This document shows, piece after piece, positions 16,882 to 26,458 of a DNA stretch of 46,717 bases (position 1 is its first letter; every line of letters starts with the position of its first letter). The notes under the pieces were generated by a model that had not been told where the DNA came from, made no database searches, and saw nothing but the letters and a program-made list of their open reading frames with translations. This DNA is from Escherichia phage vB_EcoS-IME253, in sequence record NC_047810.1; one strand, given 5' to 3'. The position numbers and the translations under genes were made by a program.

Positions 16882-17970
16882 ATGAGTAAAATCCGCTATG
16901 ACAGCGCAAAGTTTAAGGCAACAATCGACGAGAATGGATTCTTAGTCGACACACCAGTAGTCGCACGTCTCGGCGTGCAAGTCTACTACATGGAGGACGG
17001 TCGCACCGTTCGAGAGTTTCGTCCAGCAGAGGAGGTTTTCAAGTATGAGTCTCTGGCAAGTTACCAGGGCAAGCCAATGACGCTGGACCACGTCTTCGTT
17101 AACTCGGAGAATGCTAAAGACGTAGTGGTAGGTTCCGTTACTGGCAAGGCTGAACCATTGGGTAGCTCGGTCGTTGCTCCGATTGTTGTTTACGACAACA
17201 CGGCCATTCAGGAAGCTATGGCAGGTAACGCCAAAGAGTTATCGGTTGGGTACTCCGCAGTTCTTGATGAGACCCCTGGCTGGGGCGACCCTATTACTGG
17301 CGAGTATGTACTTAAATCTGATGGTGAGCAATTCGATGCGCCTGAAGGATGGCAGGAGTTCGACGCAATTCAGCGTGACATTAAAGTTAACCATCTCGCA
17401 ATGGTATATCGCGGTCGCGCAGGTATTGCCAAATTGAATATGGACGGTGAGCAGGAAAACCCGTATACTACTGACGTTGATATCAATAAAGAGGATAAAC
17501 AGGAAATGACAGTTAAAATTAAACTCGACGGCGCGCAGGAATTTGAAGTCGCACCGGAAATCGCTTCTCACATCGAAGCGCTGAACGCAAAGGCTGACAC
17601 TGCAATCGCAGAACGCGATGCACTGAAAGCTAAAGTAGATGCAATCCCCTCTGAAATCGAGGCTGCTGTTGCTAAAGCGAAAGCTGATGCTGATGCTCTG
17701 GCTGCTCTGGTTGCTGTTGCTGCTGAAGCTGGTGTGAAAGCTGATGGTCTGGACGCTAAAGGCATCAAGATTGCTTACGTTAAAGAAGTCTCCGGCCTTG
17801 ATGTTGCTGAGAAATCTGACGCGTACATCGACGCAGCGTTCGACATTGCCAAAGAATCTGATAAAATGGCTGAAGTACGTAAAGCGACTACCGCTTCCGA
17901 CAAATCTGACAGCGCCGATGAGCCTAAGAAATTAGACCCGCGTGCTCGTTTAGCTAAAATCAAGAAATAA
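16882..17970 (+). CDS. capsid scaffolding (possibly protease-scaffold) protein
   Basis: Ala/Lys/Glu-rich coiled-coil C-terminal half (AKADADALAALVAVAAEAG); position before decoration and capsid genes. Confidence 0.5.
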   Translation: MSKIRYDSAKFKATIDENGFLVDTPVVARLGVQVYYMEDGRTVREFRPAEEVFKYESLASYQGKPMTLDHVFVNSENAKDVVVGSVTGKAEPLGSSVVAPIVVYDNTAIQEAMAGNAKELSVGYSAVLDETPGWGDPITGEYVLKSDGEQFDAPEGWQEFDAIQRDIKVNHLAMVYRGRAGIAKLNMDGEQENPYTTDVDINKEDKQEMTVKIKLDGAQEFEVAPEIASHIEALNAKADTAIAERDALKAKVDAIPSEIEAAVAKAKADADALAALVAVAAEAGVKADGLDAKGIKIAYVKEVSGLDVAEKSDAYIDAAFDIAKESDKMAEVRKATTASDKSDSADEPKKLDPRARLAKIKK

Positions 17971-17982
17971 GGAGTTATAAAC

Positions 17983-18462
17983 ATGGCAATTCGTTCTGTA
18001 GCACTCGCTGGTATGATTTCTGATACCTCTCTGTATAACATCGACGGCGCATGTGTAGTTGGCGGCACTACTGCAATTCCAGTTGGGACTGTTGTTGGTG
18101 CGTCAGTGCCTGCTGATGAGCGCCTGGCTGGTCACAAGGTGATTGCAGCCACTGGCATCACTGCTGATAATGTTTACGGTGTGGTTGTTCGCTCTCATTA
18201 CGAGACTCCTGATGGGGCTGCTAAACCGCAAGAAGCTGTTAACGTGATGACACATGGTCGAATCTGGGTTCGCACCAGCCTTACTGCCGCGCCTACATTT
18301 GGTGCCCCAGTTCTTGTATCTGCCACTGGACTGGTTGAATCAGCAGGTGCAGTTGAGACTGGTTGGACTTTTGCAGGTGGTTACATCGCAAACACTGGCA
18401 CAGACCCACAAAACCTGAGCGTTGATGGCGCCCTGGTTGAAGTTCAGGTCAAGCAGAAGTAA
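17983..18462 (+). CDS. capsid-associated protein (possible decoration protein)
   Basis: Gly/Ala/Val-rich 159-aa ORF between scaffold and major capsid genes; strong RBS aaggag. Confidence 0.4.
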   Translation: MAIRSVALAGMISDTSLYNIDGACVVGGTTAIPVGTVVGASVPADERLAGHKVIAATGITADNVYGVVVRSHYETPDGAAKPQEAVNVMTHGRIWVRTSLTAAPTFGAPVLVSATGLVESAGAVETGWTFAGGYIANTGTDPQNLSVDGALVEVQVKQK

Positions 18463-18480
18463 ATATTAAAGCTAAATTAA

Positions 18481-18503
18481 AGCCTCCTTCGGGAGGTTTT
18501 TTA
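18481..18503 (+). terminator. rho-independent terminator
   Basis: hairpin cctcc-ttcg-ggagg followed by T6. Confidence 0.6.
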
Positions 18504-18760
18504 TTACCCATAATCTGTTAGACTTATTATGTCTATTAACCAATCAGGAGATTAAGATGGCTAGCGAATTAAGAGCAGCGCCCTAACACTTGGCGCCAGC
18601 TCTGCAGGACTTGGCTTGAGGACCGTTCACTACACGATAAAAGAGTGGGGTTCAAGATACATAGTGGAAATAGATATAACTCAACATGGAAGGGTTGGTG
18701 ATTCTTCAATCCCAATTCAGGTAAGGATGGCATCTTATAAGTACTAACAAAGAGCCCACC

Positions 18761-18789
18761 ATTGCGTGGGCTAAAAACTCGTGTATAAT
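18761..18789 (+). promoter_or_regulatory. sigma70-like promoter with extended -10 (TGtTATAAT)
   Basis: TATAAT at 18784-18789 with TG upstream; 40 nt before major capsid gene RBS. Confidence 0.35.
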
Positions 18790-18827
18790 GAATCCGTAGA
18801 CACCTAACTGAAAAGGAACAATAAAGA

Positions 18828-19772
18828 ATGGCCATTAAATTTGATGCAGAACAAGCAAAAATCACCGCTCACCTCGAGCAAATGGGCGTAGAGAAAGCCG
18901 ACGCCGCTGGTATCTGGACTGTTAAGCAGCTTACCGCAACTCTGAATCGTGCTTACGAAAAAGAGTATGCAGACAATTCTGTTGTTAATATCTTCCCTGT
19001 AACCAATGAAATTCCTGGTCACGCGAAGTATTTCGAATACCCAGAGTTTGATGGTGTTGGTATCGCGCAGATTATCGCTGATTACTCTGATGACCTGCCG
19101 CTGGTTGATGCTTTCATGACCGAGAAACAAGGTAAAGTGTTCCGTTTCGGTAACGCATTCCTGATTTCTACTGATGAAATTAAAGCAGGCGCTGCAACTG
19201 GTCAGCCTCTGTCAGCTCGCAAGCAGGCACTGGCTTTCGAAGCGCACGACAACCTGCTGGATAAACTGGTTTGGTCTGGTTCCGCTCCCCACGGTATCGT
19301 AAGCGTATTCGATCAGCCGAACATCAACAACGTTGTCGCAACACCAGACTGGAGTGACCCGCAGAACGCAATTAATGACGTTACCGCAATGATTGACGCA
19401 GTTGAGACTTCAACTCAGGGCTTCCATCATGTAACTGACATTCTGCTTCCGGCATCTGCCCGTCGAGTAATGCAGCGCCTTGTTCCGAATACAACTCTGA
19501 GCTACGGCGAGCTATTCACTCGTAACAACCCAGGTATGACCATTCGTTTCATGCAGTTCCTGGACAACTACGATGGCGCAGGTGGTAAAGCTGCTCTGGC
19601 GTTTGAGAAGGATCCGCTCAATATGTCCATTGAGATTCCAGAGGTTACCAACGTACTTCCGGCCCAACCTAAAGATCTGCATTTCCGCTACCCTGTAACA
19701 TCAAAGGCTACAGGATTGATTGTTTATCGTCCGCTGACGATGGCTGTAATCAAAGGCATCACCTTTGCATAA
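18828..19772 (+). CDS. major capsid protein (HK97-fold type)
   Basis: 314 aa; position after scaffold; strong RBS and terminator downstream. Confidence 0.75.
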   Translation: MAIKFDAEQAKITAHLEQMGVEKADAAGIWTVKQLTATLNRAYEKEYADNSVVNIFPVTNEIPGHAKYFEYPEFDGVGIAQIIADYSDDLPLVDAFMTEKQGKVFRFGNAFLISTDEIKAGAATGQPLSARKQALAFEAHDNLLDKLVWSGSAPHGIVSVFDQPNINNVVATPDWSDPQNAINDVTAMIDAVETSTQGFHHVTDILLPASARRVMQRLVPNTTLSYGELFTRNNPGMTIRFMQFLDNYDGAGGKAALAFEKDPLNMSIEIPEVTNVLPAQPKDLHFRYPVTSKATGLIVYRPLTMAVIKGITFA

Positions 19773-19778
19773 TAAATC

Positions 19779-19800
19779 GCCCTCTTCGGAGGGCTTTTTT
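19779..19800 (+). terminator. rho-independent terminator after major capsid gene
   Basis: hairpin gccctc-ttcg-gagggc followed by T6. Confidence 0.65.
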
Positions 19801-19805
19801 ACGCC

Positions 19806-19834
19806 TGTACCAAATGGAATTGTTGGGTTATAAT
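19806..19834 (+). promoter_or_regulatory. sigma70-like promoter (-10 TATAAT)
   Basis: TATAAT 19829-19834 after terminator and conserved ttttttacgcctgta (19795-19809). Confidence 0.3.
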
Positions 19835-19864
19835 CACCCAATCAGATAAACAAAGGAGACAAAG

Positions 19865-20110
19865 ATGATTAGTTTAGAACACACTGGTGCTTGCCTTATC
19901 GTTTACAAGGGTGAGAAATATTTGCCTGGTGACACTTTCGAGGTTGACGTAATTTGCGACGGCCTTAAGCGTTTAATCGCAGAGGGCAAGCTCACTATCG
20001 AAGGTGACGCCAAAACAACCAAGCAGATCGCGCAAGAAGTTATTAGCAAGAAAAAGCGCAAAGAACCGAAAACTATCTCCGAAGCTGAGACCGGTAACGA
20101 GTACAAATAA
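19865..20110 (+). CDS. hypothetical protein (81 aa)
   Basis: RBS aaggag; flanked by terminators. Confidence 0.4.
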   Translation: MISLEHTGACLIVYKGEKYLPGDTFEVDVICDGLKRLIAEGKLTIEGDAKTTKQIAQEVISKKKRKEPKTISEAETGNEYK

Positions 20111-20116
20111 CAAACA

Positions 20117-20138
20117 GGGCGCTTCGGCGTCCTTTATT
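20117..20138 (+). terminator. rho-independent terminator (imperfect stem)
   Basis: hairpin gggcgc-ttcg-gcgtcc with one mismatch, then tttatt. Confidence 0.4.
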
Positions 20139-20151
20139 GTATGGAGCTAAT

Positions 20152-20553
20152 ATGAATGATGAAATCTTGGCGTTTATGCGATCGCTTGTTCCTGCGCTCA
20201 AGGCAGTGGATGATGAATCAATTAATGTGTGGATCGATTTGGCGCGTCTCTACGTATGTGCGGATAAGTTTGGTAATGATGCAGATCGCGCTGTGGGCCT
20301 TTATGCACTACACCTGATGCTTTCTGATGGCGCATTTAAGGGGGAGAATGAAGGCTTGGAAACATACAGTCGTAGAATGGCAAGTTACGCACTGAGCGGT
20401 GAGTTCTCTATCACTTATGATAATCAATCAGCAATCCAGGGTGACTTATCATCTTCCTCTTGGGGTCGCATGTACAAGGCACTTCTCCGCAAGAAAGGCG
20501 GCGGATTTGGATTGATTACTTCCGCTGCTGGCGGTGGGTGCGGTTGCCGATGA
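20152..20553 (+). CDS. head-tail connector/adaptor protein (putative)
   Basis: Position between capsid and tail genes; ATG 20152 with ggag (track start 20137 is TTG). Confidence 0.4.
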   Translation: MNDEILAFMRSLVPALKAVDDESINVWIDLARLYVCADKFGNDADRAVGLYALHLMLSDGAFKGENEGLETYSRRMASYALSGEFSITYDNQSAIQGDLSSSSWGRMYKALLRKKGGGFGLITSAAGGGCGCR

Positions 20554-20921
20554 ACTACAATGAAATCGAATCAATCACTCGCGCTGGCATTAACTTCTTT
20601 AGTGATGCCAATGGCGTTTACGAGATGAGCACTGGCGCTGGGTATGTTGAAATCGTTAACGGAGTTGAGGTTGAGGTTCCAGCAAGAAAATTCCAACTAA
20701 AGGGCTTGGTGCGAGAGATCAAGACTCGCGATATCGATGGCGAGTTTATCCAGTTTGGCGATAAGCGCGGAATCTTCACGGCCCAGGTAGAAATCAAGCA
20801 GGGTTATCAGATCAAAGTCGATGGTGAGACTTTTGTTGTTGTTGACCCGCGCCCCGTTAAACCAACAGGGACGACTGTTGGTTATCGTCCGATTCTTCGC
20901 AGGGTGGCTACTTATGGCTAG
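20550..20921 (+). CDS. head closure / neck protein (putative)
   Basis: ATGA coupling to upstream gene; position in neck module. Confidence 0.4.
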   Translation: MNYNEIESITRAGINFFSDANGVYEMSTGAGYVEIVNGVEVEVPARKFQLKGLVREIKTRDIDGEFIQFGDKRGIFTAQVEIKQGYQIKVDGETFVVVDPRPVKPTGTTVGYRPILRRVATYG

Positions 20922-21351
20922 AAACATGGGGAGTGTAGTTACGTTTGAGAAATCTATTGCTGACTGGATTGACAGAGCGGAGGATGGTTTTGGGATTGTG
21001 GTATCCAATACGGTTATCAAGACAGCAAACGCAATTGTTGACCTTTCACCCGTCGATACCGGCAGATTCAAGGCTAACTGGCAAATCTCCGCAAACTCAC
21101 CAGCTCAGCAGTCACTCAATGAGTACGACCAGACTGGCGGCCAGACCAAAACATATCTCGCCAGACAGGCTAGAGCGGTTGCCAACTCAAAAGCTACAAG
21201 TGTTATTTATATCACCAATCGACTTGATTACGCGGTCGACCTTGAATACGGAGCTTCAAGCCAGGCTCCAGCTGGCGTTTTAGGTGTGGTGCAAGCAAGG
21301 CTGGGTAGGTATTTCCAGGAAGCAGTAGAGGAGGCTCGCCGTGCAATATGA
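20914..21351 (+). CDS. tail completion protein (HK97 gp10-like, putative)
   Basis: Overlapping start; VDTGRFKANW-type motif; position. Confidence 0.4.
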   Translation: MARNMGSVVTFEKSIADWIDRAEDGFGIVVSNTVIKTANAIVDLSPVDTGRFKANWQISANSPAQQSLNEYDQTGGQTKTYLARQARAVANSKATSVIYITNRLDYAVDLEYGASSQAPAGVLGVVQARLGRYFQEAVEEARRAI

Positions 21352-21742
21352 ATTATCATTAGCAGCAAGGAAATTCGTCAACGATTTGTTGGTAAATGAA
21401 TTTCCTGTCAGATATCCAGTTGCTTGGGAGAACGCTGCCTTTGCGCCTCCTGCGGACGGCTCAATCTGGCTTAAGTACGACTACACAGAAGTTGACACAG
21501 TAACATACGGGTTAAGCAGGAAGTGCAAATACTACGTTGGCATGGTGCAGATTTCAGTGTTCTTCAGTCCGGGGACTGGGATTGATAAGCCGAGACAAAT
21601 AGCTAATCAATTGGCAGAATCTATCGTTGATGGTACAATGCTTGACAGCGGGACCATTTATGAGTCTGGAGTTGTTAACCCGGTTATCAAATCCAAGTCT
21701 GGGTGGTTTATCCCGGTTCGTTTTTATGTTCGTCTAGACTAA
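21341..21742 (+). CDS. tail terminator protein (putative)
   Basis: Position immediately upstream of major tail protein gene. Confidence 0.4.
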   Translation: MQYELSLAARKFVNDLLVNEFPVRYPVAWENAAFAPPADGSIWLKYDYTEVDTVTYGLSRKCKYYVGMVQISVFFSPGTGIDKPRQIANQLAESIVDGTMLDSGTIYESGVVNPVIKSKSGWFIPVRFYVRLD

Positions 21743-21757
21743 CAAAAGGAAAAATAC

Positions 21758-22414
21758 ATGGCCCATCTCAGCAATGGCACGCAGGTCTTCGTAGAAGGCT
21801 CTCGCGGAGCTGCAATCGACGTAACTGCAATTTCTAACGCAGTTACCCCTGTTTTAACTGTATCTGACGCGTCTGGTTTGGTCGTTGGTGATTACCTGCT
21901 TTTCACCTCTTCTGCTTCAACGCTTCTAGCTGACAAGCAAGTTCGAGTGACTGCAATCACTGGTACGTCAGTAACTGTTGAAGGTATTGATACCTCCAGC
22001 ACCACAAAGTTCCCGGCTGGCTTAACTGGTGAAGTTGTCAAGATCACCTCCTGGTTCGAAGTTCCGTGCGTTCAGGACGTATCTACTGACGGTGGCGAAC
22101 AGCAATTCGTTAACTTCCAGTGCTTGTCCGATGACCGTGAACAGCAGATTCCGACCTATAAATCTGCGGTAACTAACACCTTCACCTTCGCTCACGAGTA
22201 CACCAACCCTGTATATCCGGTTCTGCGTAACTACGATGAGTCTGGCCAGGTTGTTGCGATTCGTCTGTTCGTACCTCGAGCTAGCGAAATGCGCTTGCAG
22301 TCCGGCACTATCGCTTTCAACGACACCCCTACCATTGGTGTTAACGAAATCGAAACGGTATCCATCGCAGTATCAATTCGTGGTCGCCTGTCCTCTGTGG
22401 CAGCTGAAGTTTAA
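21758..22414 (+). CDS. major tail protein
   Basis: 218 aa, strong RBS, own terminator, position before chaperones and tape measure. Confidence 0.6.
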   Translation: MAHLSNGTQVFVEGSRGAAIDVTAISNAVTPVLTVSDASGLVVGDYLLFTSSASTLLADKQVRVTAITGTSVTVEGIDTSSTTKFPAGLTGEVVKITSWFEVPCVQDVSTDGGEQQFVNFQCLSDDREQQIPTYKSAVTNTFTFAHEYTNPVYPVLRNYDESGQVVAIRLFVPRASEMRLQSGTIAFNDTPTIGVNEIETVSIAVSIRGRLSSVAAEV

Positions 22415-22421
22415 AACACAA

Positions 22422-22444
22422 ACCCTCTTCGGAGGGTTTTTTAT
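22422..22444 (+). terminator. rho-independent terminator after major tail gene
   Basis: hairpin ccctc-ttcg-gaggg followed by T6. Confidence 0.65.
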
Positions 22445-22447
22445 TGC

Positions 22448-22491
22448 ATAGCACTTTTTGCTAAAGCACTTATTCAGCTTTACTGTATAGT
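22448..22491 (+). promoter_or_regulatory. palindrome-plus-hexamer element (copy 9)
   Basis: atagcactttttgctaaa; TATAGT 22486-22491; leader tctcatcgaaacgaa; next ATG 22525. Confidence 0.5.
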
Positions 22492-22524
22492 TATCTCATC
22501 GAAACGAAATGAGAGATTAAAGAA

Positions 22525-22773
22525 ATGAATAACGTTAAAAACATCATCAAACTTGCTGCAGTTCTTGTTGCTTTTTATGCAGTAGTTCAGATTGTTAACC
22601 CAACTGGTGAGGCTGATGCCAATAGCAAGGCAAACAAATATACCGTTGAGTTCGCTAAAGCTGAGCGAGCATGTCAGGAGCTTGTGGGTAGTAAAGTTGA
22701 CCAAATCATGAAATATGGCAAAGAGGTCTGCAAGGACTCAGCTGCTAAGATTGCAAAAGAAAGCACTAAGTAA
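22525..22773 (+). CDS. small secreted/membrane protein (82 aa) inserted in tail module
   Basis: N-terminal hydrophobic segment IIKLAAVLVAFYAVVQIV; preceded by element 22448-22491 and conserved leader. Confidence 0.45.
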   Translation: MNNVKNIIKLAAVLVAFYAVVQIVNPTGEADANSKANKYTVEFAKAERACQELVGSKVDQIMKYGKEVCKDSAAKIAKESTK

Positions 22774-22812
22774 TAGAATACATACTCACAAACAATAAGA
22801 GGATTAACTAAG

Positions 22813-23127
22813 ATGGCTAAGTTCAAACTTTCACTGGCAGCACTCCCTGACTTCAAGCTTCCGGTAAAATTCAAGCTGGCTAACGACCAGGATGTAGAGG
22901 TTATCTTTACAGTCAAGCATAAGAAAACATCTGAGCTTCAGGAGCTTTTGCAGAAAGAAGACTTGAGTACTAAAGAATTGATTATGGCAATCGCCTCTGA
23001 TTGGGATTTGGAAGAAGAATACAACGAGGATAACGTTAATGAGTTCTCCGACCTGTTCCCAGCGTCAACGGTTGCACTGACTACCGCTTACATGCAGGCA
23101 CTGGCAGGCCAGCGGGTAAAAAACTAA
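22813..23127 (+). CDS. tail assembly chaperone (gpG-like)
   Basis: 104-aa acidic protein upstream of tape measure; ends just after slippery heptamer AAAAAAC. Confidence 0.55.
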   Translation: MAKFKLSLAALPDFKLPVKFKLANDQDVEVIFTVKHKKTSELQELLQKEDLSTKELIMAIASDWDLEEEYNEDNVNEFSDLFPASTVALTTAYMQALAGQRVKN

Positions 23128-23447
23128 AGAGGGCGGTGTATCTACAGTACCAGTCAGATCCAACTGATGCCGAACTGGAAGCTATTGGGATGCGCCGCTC
23201 TGATTACGAAGATGAAGAGCCTGAAGTTTTACACTTCGACGACAACATGATGAAGGCTTGGGACATTTATTGTTCAATGGCCACGCAATGGAGGGTTGGA
23301 GCTAACGGAGCTACAGGGTTAGATTACAACGTGCTAAATTTCCTCTTTAGAGTGTATAATGTCTCAGAAGAAGAATTGGTGCTCAGTGATTTACGCATCC
23401 TTGAAGCTAAGGCTCTCGAGATGATGGATAATCTGAGAAAAAAATAA
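22813..23447 (+). CDS. tail assembly chaperone G-T fusion via -1 programmed frameshift
   Basis: Slippery heptamer A AAA AAC at 23118-23124; -1 frame is open through 23447 (the 23136..23447 ORF). Confidence 0.45.
23118..23124 (+). other. slippery heptamer for -1 ribosomal frameshift
   Basis: aaaaaac in X XXY YYZ register relative to the G reading frame, 1 codon before its stop. Confidence 0.5.
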
Positions 23448-23470
23448 CCCGCTTCGGCGGGTTTTCTATT
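23447..23470 (+). terminator. rho-independent terminator (partial) before tape measure gene
   Basis: hairpin acccgc-ttcg-gcgggt followed by tttctatt. Confidence 0.45.
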
Positions 23471-23482
23471 ATGGAGGCTTAG

Positions 23483-26458
23483 ATGGCAACAAATGAATTA
23501 GCCGGAATCACACTAGCCGTAGACGTCTCGCAGGTAGACAGAGGTACACAGTCCCTGCGGAAGTTCAGGCAGGCAAACCAGCAGGCCGCTTCCGGCATTA
23601 GTGAGTTCGTCAACGCCGAGCAGGTTGCAAAGAATCAAGCCAGAGACACAGCTCGCGCACTGGCTGAACAGCAATCATCTTTGGCTAAATTGCAAACGGC
23701 TATTGACCCAACTGCGGCAAAGTTCCGTAAACTCCAGGAGGCTGCTGTAGGTCTTGATAAGGCTTTCGCGGCTGGAGTAGTTCCTGATGAGGAGTTTTTC
23801 CGCTTAGGTGAGGCGCTTGAAACGCAGAACGCAAAACTTGCTCGTTCACGTGCGGCACTAACTGAAGAGGGTAGAGCGGCGGCGCAAGCTGCAAAGGATA
23901 AGGCAAAGGCAAAGGCTGAAGCGGATAGATTCATTGCATCACTTGAGCGTCAGGCTCAGGCGGCAACATTGACGCGAGAGGAGTACCTAAAGTTACAAGC
24001 GGCCCAGCTTGGCGTAAGTTCTCAGGCGGCGCCTATTATTGACAGAATCGCCGATGCATCACGGAAGGCAAACACCCAGCTAATTGCTCAGAGCAAGGCC
24101 TTTCAACGCTCTGGCTTAAGCGCAGGTCAATACAAGGCTGCAATCTCTCAATTGCCAGCGCAGATTACAGATATTGGGACATCACTTGCTGGCGGCATTC
24201 CGATTTGGCTTATTGCAATTCAGCAAGGTGGACAAATTAAGGATGCATTTGGAGGTATTGGTAACACATTTAGTTTTGCGCTTGCTGCTTTAAACCCGTT
24301 CAACGTAGCAGTTGGGGTTCTCGGTGGCGCGCTTGTTGCTTTAGGCGTCGGTGCTGCGCAGGCTGAAAGTGAATTCAGGGCGTTAAACTCCGCCATTGCG
24401 TTCTCAAACAACTCCACAATCGCATCAATCTCGCAGGTTAGAGAGTTGGTTAGCTCTGTTTCTGATGCCACTGGTGCAACCAGAGGACTTGTGACTAGCA
24501 TCGCAACAAGCCTTGTTGAGCAAGGAAACCTTACGCTAACGCAGATTGACAAGATTACTAAATCAACAGCCAGATGGGCTCAGTTGACAGGTAAGGATGC
24601 AAAGGAAATTACTGGTTACTATAACCAGATTGCGAGCGACCCAATTCAAGGACTTGCTGATTTAGACAAGAGGTTTAACTTCCTTACACAGGGGCAGTTA
24701 ACAACAATTGAAAGATTGAGAGAGACTAGGGGTGAGGTTGAAGCCGTAACTGCTGCTATTGATATATTTAGCAAATCACAAGAGGCAAACCTTAACGATA
24801 TTGCAGCCCAGCTTACTCCTCTTGAATTGGCCTGGAATGACTTCAGGAAGTACATATCTGATGTATGGGATGCAATTAGTCGCAGAACGGTTGGGGCGCT
24901 AAACCTGTTTGTTGACGTAATCGCCGGAACAATTGAGCAAATTAGGGTCTTCATCAACCAGGGTGATGTGCTGATTGGTGAATTCGTAATTAGCGCAACA
25001 CAGGCACTGCAGAACATCCCCGGCCTTGATGGTGTTGGTGATGATGTTGTCAAGGGACAGCAGAAGATTATCGATGCCGCTAAGAAGCAAAACATTGAGC
25101 TAGAGAAGTCTATCAAGGAGCGCGATGCCAGAATCAGAGAAGGAGAACTTGGCTACGTTACTCGCAGAGAAAATCAGAATACCAATGAGCAGTCAGGCAC
25201 GGATGAGGAGTTTGCAAAAAGGAAGAAAGCGCTTCAGGATGAACTTGATGCGATCAAGAAGAGCAGGAAAGAAGAAAATGGTAGGGTTAAAGAGCAAAGA
25301 GACCTTACAATTGGTTACGAATCTGGCGTACTTGCACTACAGGCACAACTCAAGGTGCTTCAGGAAAACAGGGATATTGGCGCAGTAATAAGCAATGAGC
25401 GCAAGCAGTATCTTCAGGAGGTTGCAAAATTCCAGATTCTTGAGCAAAGGCAGCGTGATGGCTCAATAAAAAAAGAGCAAGCAAGACTTCTCATTGAAAA
25501 GGATAAAGTTCTTGAGTTGGCCAGGCAGAAGGCTGAGCTAGGTGATCAGATTGTTTTGCAAGAAAGAGCCAATAAGTTGGCTGAAGATAACCGCAAGAAG
25601 ATTCTTCAGATTAACAATGAGGCAAGCAATATTGATTTGGGTACTGGATTATCATCTCGTGAACTGCAAAGAGCCAAAGAGATTCAGGCTCTTCAGTCCA
25701 ATCAGGTCAATGCTGGTGGCTCTCTTGATGACGTTGATTTTCAGCAGCTACTGGAAGCAAGACGTAACTTTTATGCCCAGGAGGATGCGCTACGTGAAAA
25801 CTGGCTCGCTGGTGTTAATCAATCCTTTGCCAATTGGGCTGAGAGCGCGACGGATGCATTCTCAATTGCTGGAAGTTTAACCACAACAGTCTTTGAAGGC
25901 ATTACCGACCAGATTACAAACCTCGTAACAACTGGCGAAACAAACTTCAGAGAGTTTACTGTTAGCATCCTTAAACAGATTGCTAAGATTGCAACTCAGC
26001 TTCTTGTTGTAAAGGCCATCGAATCTAGCTTAAGTAGCTTCGGTGGTACTGGTGGCGCTATTGGATCGATTGCATCTGGCTTGGGTTTTGCTGGTGGCGG
26101 CTACACCGGCAATGGCGGCAAGTACCAACCGGCAGGAACGGTACACCGTGGTGAATTTGTATTCACAAAAGAAGCGACGAGCCGAATTGGTGTGAAAAAC
26201 CTTTACGCGCTAATGAAAGGTTACGCAAACGGCTGCGCTGTAGGTGGTCCTTCAGGCTATGCAAATGGGGGTTTGGTTTCTGGTGGAACAGATGTTAATG
26301 TTAGCGGAATAACTGTTAACGTTAATGGCGGTGTTGGTAGCGACCCAGAACAAGCCAAAGCATTGCAGAGTGGCGTTAAGGCAATCGTAGCGGAAGAGAT
26401 TGCTCAGTCCTTCCAGCAAGGAGGAAAAGCGTATGCCTATCTGAGAGGTTTTAACTAA
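23483..26458 (+). CDS. tail tape measure protein
   Basis: 991 aa, coiled-coil rich with Gly-rich C-terminal part; downstream of G/G-T chaperones. Confidence 0.8.
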   Translation: MATNELAGITLAVDVSQVDRGTQSLRKFRQANQQAASGISEFVNAEQVAKNQARDTARALAEQQSSLAKLQTAIDPTAAKFRKLQEAAVGLDKAFAAGVVPDEEFFRLGEALETQNAKLARSRAALTEEGRAAAQAAKDKAKAKAEADRFIASLERQAQAATLTREEYLKLQAAQLGVSSQAAPIIDRIADASRKANTQLIAQSKAFQRSGLSAGQYKAAISQLPAQITDIGTSLAGGIPIWLIAIQQGGQIKDAFGGIGNTFSFALAALNPFNVAVGVLGGALVALGVGAAQAESEFRALNSAIAFSNNSTIASISQVRELVSSVSDATGATRGLVTSIATSLVEQGNLTLTQIDKITKSTARWAQLTGKDAKEITGYYNQIASDPIQGLADLDKRFNFLTQGQLTTIERLRETRGEVEAVTAAIDIFSKSQEANLNDIAAQLTPLELAWNDFRKYISDVWDAISRRTVGALNLFVDVIAGTIEQIRVFINQGDVLIGEFVISATQALQNIPGLDGVGDDVVKGQQKIIDAAKKQNIELEKSIKERDARIREGELGYVTRRENQNTNEQSGTDEEFAKRKKALQDELDAIKKSRKEENGRVKEQRDLTIGYESGVLALQAQLKVLQENRDIGAVISNERKQYLQEVAKFQILEQRQRDGSIKKEQARLLIEKDKVLELARQKAELGDQIVLQERANKLAEDNRKKILQINNEASNIDLGTGLSSRELQRAKEIQALQSNQVNAGGSLDDVDFQQLLEARRNFYAQEDALRENWLAGVNQSFANWAESATDAFSIAGSLTTTVFEGITDQITNLVTTGETNFREFTVSILKQIAKIATQLLVVKAIESSLSSFGGTGGAIGSIASGLGFAGGGYTGNGGKYQPAGTVHRGEFVFTKEATSRIGVKNLYALMKGYANGCAVGGPSGYANGGLVSGGTDVNVSGITVNVNGGVGSDPEQAKALQSGVKAIVAEEIAQSFQQGGKAYAYLRGFN

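Noticed and set aside
23635-25116. Antisense ORFs inside the tape measure gene (23635..23934, 23700..23912, 24220..24552, 24646..25116, 24899..25090)
   Set aside because: They are fully embedded in a long, well-supported coding region on the other strand and are typical shadow ORFs.
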